Part shown: piece by piece, positions 23,528 to 27,573 of the stretch
Position numbering within the stretch: the first letter of the stretch is position 1
How the letters are laid out: each line of letters begins with the position of its first letter
Source: a virus
Taxonomy: Duplodnaviria; Caudoviricetes
Reading direction: 5' to 3' (one strand)
DNA: 27,573 nt
Virus record (IMG/VR): IMGVR_UViG_3300027808_000128
Location: 1 to 27,573 of that record
Translations under genes and position numbers: made by a program
Notes under the pieces: model-generated
What the model was told of the DNA's origin: nothing
The model's input: the letters and a program-made list of their open reading frames with translations, nothing else
Database searches by the model: none

Positions 23528-24645
23528 ACCAAGAAACCACTACCCCCGACCACAGCTCACGCGGACACGCGGAGTTCTCGCCATCATCTCTCAAGTATGT
23601 CGCTGGCTGCGCTGGCTACCACGGCAAAGACGGGTCATCCGCTGCCGCCGAAATGGGGACACGCATCCACGAAGCTCTTGAAGTCTTCGACCCGTCCGCT
23701 TTGCATAACGAAGAGGAAACCAATATCTACGATCAGATTGTGGAAATGGAAAAGGAGTTCATGAAGAACTTCCCAGAAGGCGGAATCGAACACAACGAGA
23801 TCCAAGTAAATATCAGGCTCAACGGAACTGAGACTTGGGGGACATGCGACCGCTTTATCCAAATGGGTGATCGCGCCGTTATGGCAGACTACAAAACTGG
23901 TATCTCCATCATCGACCCGCCCGAAAAGAACTGGCAAGCTAAAGCATACGTCATTGGCGCATTCCAGCAGTTTGAAGAAATAAACGAAATCACATTCGTG
24001 TTCTATGTCCCGCAACACCGTGCGTCCCTAGCACACACCTTTGAGCGTGGCCGCGATCTCCAACCTCTTATCGACGAACTCAGCAATATCATCAGGGAAG
24101 GCGAGCGCGTCCGCCCAATGTGGGAGAACGGGACGCCAGCAATCAGCGACTGCCGCCCAACACAGAACTGCCGCTTCTGCCGCCACGAGGACCACTGCCC
24201 CGCGTTGGGTGGACTCATTGTTGAAGTTGCCAAGAAGGTAAATCCTCAGTTGCCAGATATCGACTTTGATAAAACCGAAGACCCATCGGATCTTGAAGAA
24301 CTCTGGGCAATCTCCAAGATTGTTTCTAACTGGTCCGACCGTTTCAAAGAGCGTATTATGAAACACGCCAAAGACGGGATGCAGTTCCCCACCCTCCGCC
24401 TCCGCTCAATGGGCGCTACAAAGAGTATCACTGACAACGGCGGACTCGTCGCGGTCGCTATGGGTTTTGGAATTGACTCGGCGGAAATCCTTGAGAACGC
24501 CACAATATCAATCAGTAAGGTCTGCAAGCTGATTTCAGCAAATGCTGAAAAGGGTGAAAAAGGAAAAATTTCTGAAGAATTTGTTGACGCCTGCGAAAAC
24601 GCAGGTATTCTCAAAACCTCCGACACGCGCTATACACTCCAGTAA
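23524..24645 (+). CDS. DUF2800 / Cas4-like PD-(D/E)XK exonuclease
   Basis: HAEFSPSS...C, GTRIHE, GTCD, DYKTG, QAKAY and CRFC...CP (Fe-S cysteines). Confidence 0.85.
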   Translation: MNQETTTPDHSSRGHAEFSPSSLKYVAGCAGYHGKDGSSAAAEMGTRIHEALEVFDPSALHNEEETNIYDQIVEMEKEFMKNFPEGGIEHNEIQVNIRLNGTETWGTCDRFIQMGDRAVMADYKTGISIIDPPEKNWQAKAYVIGAFQQFEEINEITFVFYVPQHRASLAHTFERGRDLQPLIDELSNIIREGERVRPMWENGTPAISDCRPTQNCRFCRHEDHCPALGGLIVEVAKKVNPQLPDIDFDKTEDPSDLEELWAISKIVSNWSDRFKERIMKHAKDGMQFPTLRLRSMGATKSITDNGGLVAVAMGFGIDSAEILENATISISKVCKLISANAEKGEKGKISEEFVDACENAGILKTSDTRYTLQ

Positions 24646-24660
24646 ATCGCAGTCGATAAC

Positions 24661-24760
24661 CAAGAAACAAGAAACAAGAAACAAGAACCAATAATATGGC
24701 AACCAAAAACAAGAAACAAAAGACCGAAACCGAAACCGAAACCAAAACCGAAACCAAGAA
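24661..24760 (+). repeat. A/C-rich microsatellite tract: (CAAGAAA)x3 + CAAGAAC, then (ACCGAA)n
   Basis: Read directly; spans the intergenic gap and the 5' end of the ORF at 24696. Confidence 0.85.
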
Positions 24761-25400
24761 TATGGAAACAGAAGTAATCCAAATGGAACACAATACTGGA
24801 ATCACAAACCAAAGCGGTTTGTCGATTGACGCCGCAGATATCGATATCCCACGTATCAATATCGTTCAGAAGACCAGCGACATTCCCGCACCTATCGGGT
24901 CTGTTGTTATCGATAAGCAGCACGTTATTCAAGACGCTGAAGAAGTCCGTCAAGTTATGGTCATCTCAGCACTTAAAGGATGGCGCGAAGACATTCCCTA
25001 CGACGACGACGGTATCCCCAAGATCGCCTACTCACGGGAAGATGCCGACCGCATCGCTGCCGAATCGGATTACGGGATACTTGAGTTTGCGGAGATCACT
25101 CTCCTCTTCAAGCAACCGGAAGGCGCTGACAACGAAGAAGCTTATCCGTTCCCTATTGGTAATCACCAATATGCAATGGGTCGCATCAACGTAGCTAAGG
25201 ATGCTTACCGCCAGACCTACAAACGTTTGGCCACGTTCGCAGCCTTCAACAAGACAACGCCGCTTCAAGGACGCCTATGGAACTTCAGCGCAGGGCTTAT
25301 CTCCAAGGGTAAATACTCTTGGTATGCACCATCGCTGAGCGTAAGCCCAGAAGCACCTGACCCAGCTGTTATCGAGTTCACCCAATCCTTCGTAGCATAA
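24696..25400 (+). CDS. Putative ssDNA-binding/annealing protein (alternative start at 24762)
   Basis: DIDIPRINIVQKTS start and aromatic beta-rich C-terminus (GKYSWYAP). Lies between the exonuclease and PolA, the usual SSB slot. Function inferred. Confidence 0.55.
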   Translation: MATKNKKQKTETETETKTETKNMETEVIQMEHNTGITNQSGLSIDAADIDIPRINIVQKTSDIPAPIGSVVIDKQHVIQDAEEVRQVMVISALKGWREDIPYDDDGIPKIAYSREDADRIAAESDYGILEFAEITLLFKQPEGADNEEAYPFPIGNHQYAMGRINVAKDAYRQTYKRLATFAAFNKTTPLQGRLWNFSAGLISKGKYSWYAPSLSVSPEAPDPAVIEFTQSFVA

Positions 25401-25414
25401 ACCAAAAAATACAT

Positions 25415-25603
25415 ATGGAAAAAAACGAAATCCTAAAAACAGAAGTAGCAATGCTGAGCAAAATGATCGACGATCTTTCTGGTCAACTTGAGCAAATCCA
25501 GTCGAACCTTAACAAACTGATTGTCGTCCGTGACACTCTTGCGGAAGTCATCCCACCTGAAGAGGGGCAACTCGAACTGAAGTTTGAAGTAGTCGAAGAC
25601 TAA
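25415..25603 (+). CDS. Small coiled-coil protein (62 aa)
   Basis: Heptad Leu pattern and an A-rich leader. Confidence 0.65.
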   Translation: MEKNEILKTEVAMLSKMIDDLSGQLEQIQSNLNKLIVVRDTLAEVIPPEEGQLELKFEVVED

Positions 25604-25619
25604 TCAGCAACCAAAACCT

Positions 25620-25656
25620 AAAGCCCACATCGGGTATTACTCGATGTGGGCTTTTT
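25620..25656 (+). terminator. Rho-independent terminator
   Basis: AAAGCCCACATCGGGTA-t-TACTCGATGTGGGCTTTTT: long stem with one G-U pair, then a U-tract. Confidence 0.8.
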
Positions 25657-25680
25657 CGGCTCAGGCCACAAATACCACAT

Positions 25681-27441
25681 ATGACTACCTACGCTATTGA
25701 CTTCGAATCGTATTACTCGAAAGAGTGCTCGATTAAAACACTCGGCCCGCTGGGCTATTTTTCTCATCCTGACTTCGACGCTTACATGGTTTCTGTCGTC
25801 GCGGATAACGGCTTCTCCTTTGTAGGACACCCAAAAGACTTCGATTGGTCCCTCATAGGAGGACAGACTGTCCTGTCTCACAACGCATCGTTCGACGAAA
25901 CCCTCTACCTGTACGGTGTAACCCAGAACTGGTGGCCTGAAGCAAAGGCCGCAGAATGGCACTGCACTGCGGATATGGTCGCCTACTGCGGGCTACCGCG
26001 ATCCCTTAAAAACGCTGCCGCCGCTGCTTACAATCTCACCGTTGATAAATCAACACGTGACAACATGAGCAACAAAAACTGGGCCACCATGTCTGAGGAG
26101 TTCAAGAAAGAGGTAACCGAATACGCGCTGAAGGACTCAGAACTCTGCTTGCGCCTGTGGCAGGACTACTCACCGAAATGGCCTGCCGCTGAACGAGCTA
26201 TCAGCTTCGTTAACAGAACATCTGTGCAACGCGGTATCCCCATCGACACTGAGTTGTTGAAAAAACAGATCGAAATTATCAACATCAAACTCTTCGAAGC
26301 TGAGGAAGCGATTCCGTGGCTCAACGATAAGCCCCTACTCAGTCGTCCAGCTTTCGACGCGCAATGTCGTAAAGTTGGTATCGAGCCACCCCACAGCCTT
26401 GCTGCAACAGATGCAGATGCCCAAGAGTGGCTGCGCGTTAATGGTAAGAAGTATGCGTGGGTCAACGCTGTTATCAGCTGGCGTCGAATCAATTCGCTCA
26501 AAAAGAAAATCGAGTCCTTCCAGTTTGCGACGATGCCTGACAACCGCTACTACGGTGGGTTAATGTATTTCGGGGCGCACACCGGACGCTTTAGTGGCTC
26601 TGGCGGCAACCTGAATATACAGAACCTACCGAAAGAAGAGATGTTCGGAGTGAAGCTGCGCAGTTTGATTGCAGCACCAGCTGGTAAGAAGCTCGTTGTG
26701 GTTGACCTTTCGCAAATCGAAGTGCGCACGTTGTGCTGGCTTGCCAAAGACAAAGAGGCGATGGCTGAGATCAAAGCGTGTGATGACATCTACGAAGCCT
26801 TCGCCATTCGTTTCGGATTATGGAGCCGTGACAAAGGTAGTCTTCGCGAGAAGGATTCCAAGTTGCGTCATCGCGTAAAGGCGATGGTTCTCGGCTGTGG
26901 CTACGGAGCTGGTGCAGAGAAGTTTACCGTCATGTCAGGCATGACTCTGAAAGACGCTACTTCCGCTATCCAGCTTTACCGGAACAAGATGACCTCCGTT
27001 ACCAGACTCTGGCGCGATTACACGACGGATGTTGCGGTGTCTTACGACCAACAGATACCGCTCACCATCGACCTTCCGAGTGGGCGCGCCCTTGATTATG
27101 GCAAGCTACGTCCTGTAAAGCAGAACGGGAAGATCAACTATGTAGCCCTGATGAACCGAAACGGTAAGCGCGTTCCGGTTAAGCTGTGGGGCGGTCTTCT
27201 TGCCGAGAATGCGTCCCAAGCACTTGCGCGTGATATCTTCTGCAGCATGCTTTGCAGGATTCATGATTCGGGGTTCAGGATCATTTTCCACGTCCACGAT
27301 GAAGTGGTCGTCGAAGTCGATGAGGCCGAAGCCGAAGACGCATTGGCACGCATCGTTGAAATCATGTCTACTCCACCCGATTGGATTTCAGACATTCCAG
27401 TTTCCGCTGAAGGGAACATAATCTCCGTCTACGAAAAATAA
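25681..27441 (+). CDS. polA: Family A DNA polymerase with 3'-5' exonuclease domain
   Basis: ExoI DFES, ExoII HNASFD, ExoIII YALKD, HTGRFS, NIQNLP, motif A DLSQIEVR, motif B RHRVKAMVLGCGYG, motif C HVHDE. Confidence 0.95.
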   Translation: MTTYAIDFESYYSKECSIKTLGPLGYFSHPDFDAYMVSVVADNGFSFVGHPKDFDWSLIGGQTVLSHNASFDETLYLYGVTQNWWPEAKAAEWHCTADMVAYCGLPRSLKNAAAAAYNLTVDKSTRDNMSNKNWATMSEEFKKEVTEYALKDSELCLRLWQDYSPKWPAAERAISFVNRTSVQRGIPIDTELLKKQIEIINIKLFEAEEAIPWLNDKPLLSRPAFDAQCRKVGIEPPHSLAATDADAQEWLRVNGKKYAWVNAVISWRRINSLKKKIESFQFATMPDNRYYGGLMYFGAHTGRFSGSGGNLNIQNLPKEEMFGVKLRSLIAAPAGKKLVVVDLSQIEVRTLCWLAKDKEAMAEIKACDDIYEAFAIRFGLWSRDKGSLREKDSKLRHRVKAMVLGCGYGAGAEKFTVMSGMTLKDATSAIQLYRNKMTSVTRLWRDYTTDVAVSYDQQIPLTIDLPSGRALDYGKLRPVKQNGKINYVALMNRNGKRVPVKLWGGLLAENASQALARDIFCSMLCRIHDSGFRIIFHVHDEVVVEVDEAEAEDALARIVEIMSTPPDWISDIPVSAEGNIISVYEK

Positions 27442-27461
27442 TCTCCACACACATACACAAA

Positions 27462-27573
27462 ATGACATACCGATACATTAAGAACCTGCGCGACAATCGC
27501 GCTGTAAAAGCCACCACACTCAATACACTTAGCAAGCCTAAGCCAGCCTTTACCAACAAGGCAGCTTATCGAG
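27462..27573 (+). CDS. 5' end of the next gene (runs off the window), function unknown
   Basis: ACACATACACAAA-ATG leader; open to the window end: MTYRYIKNLRDNRAVKATTLNTLSKPKPAFTNKAAYR... Confidence 0.6.
   Translation, partial: MTYRYIKNLRDNRAVKATTLNTLSKPKPAFTNKAAYR

Noticed and set aside
23524-24645. Cas4-like gene as evidence of CRISPR-Cas
   Set aside because: No array and no other cas genes; it sits in the usual phage replication context.

Overview
This window is a fragment of a tailed dsDNA bacteriophage genome, probably podovirus-like. I found no rRNA, tRNA or CRISPR array. It has three blocks. (1) 1-3585, + strand: small accessory genes (3' end of a DUF2201/VWA gene, a GP88-like Cys-motif protein, DUF4326, a DnaA domain-IV-like HTH). 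(2) 3605-18255, - strand: terminase large subunit, followed by three probable internal virion/ejection proteins, the last a 3629-aa polyvalent protein with a zincin HExxH. (3) 18303-end, + strand: DNA metabolism genes (HTH protein, second DnaA-IV-like protein, RuvC-like resolvase, DUF5664-type dATP/dGTP diphosphohydrolase, SF2 helicase, DUF2800/Cas4-like exonuclease, putative SSB, family A DNA polymerase). The most unusual element is a 657-bp, lower-GC insertion in the DUF5664 gene (20170-20826). It keeps the host frame open for 219 extra codons while encoding a complete endonuclease VII-type nuclease in a second frame on the same strand. It has no intein, group I intron or bypass signals. All family calls are from motif recognition by eye; no searches were run.
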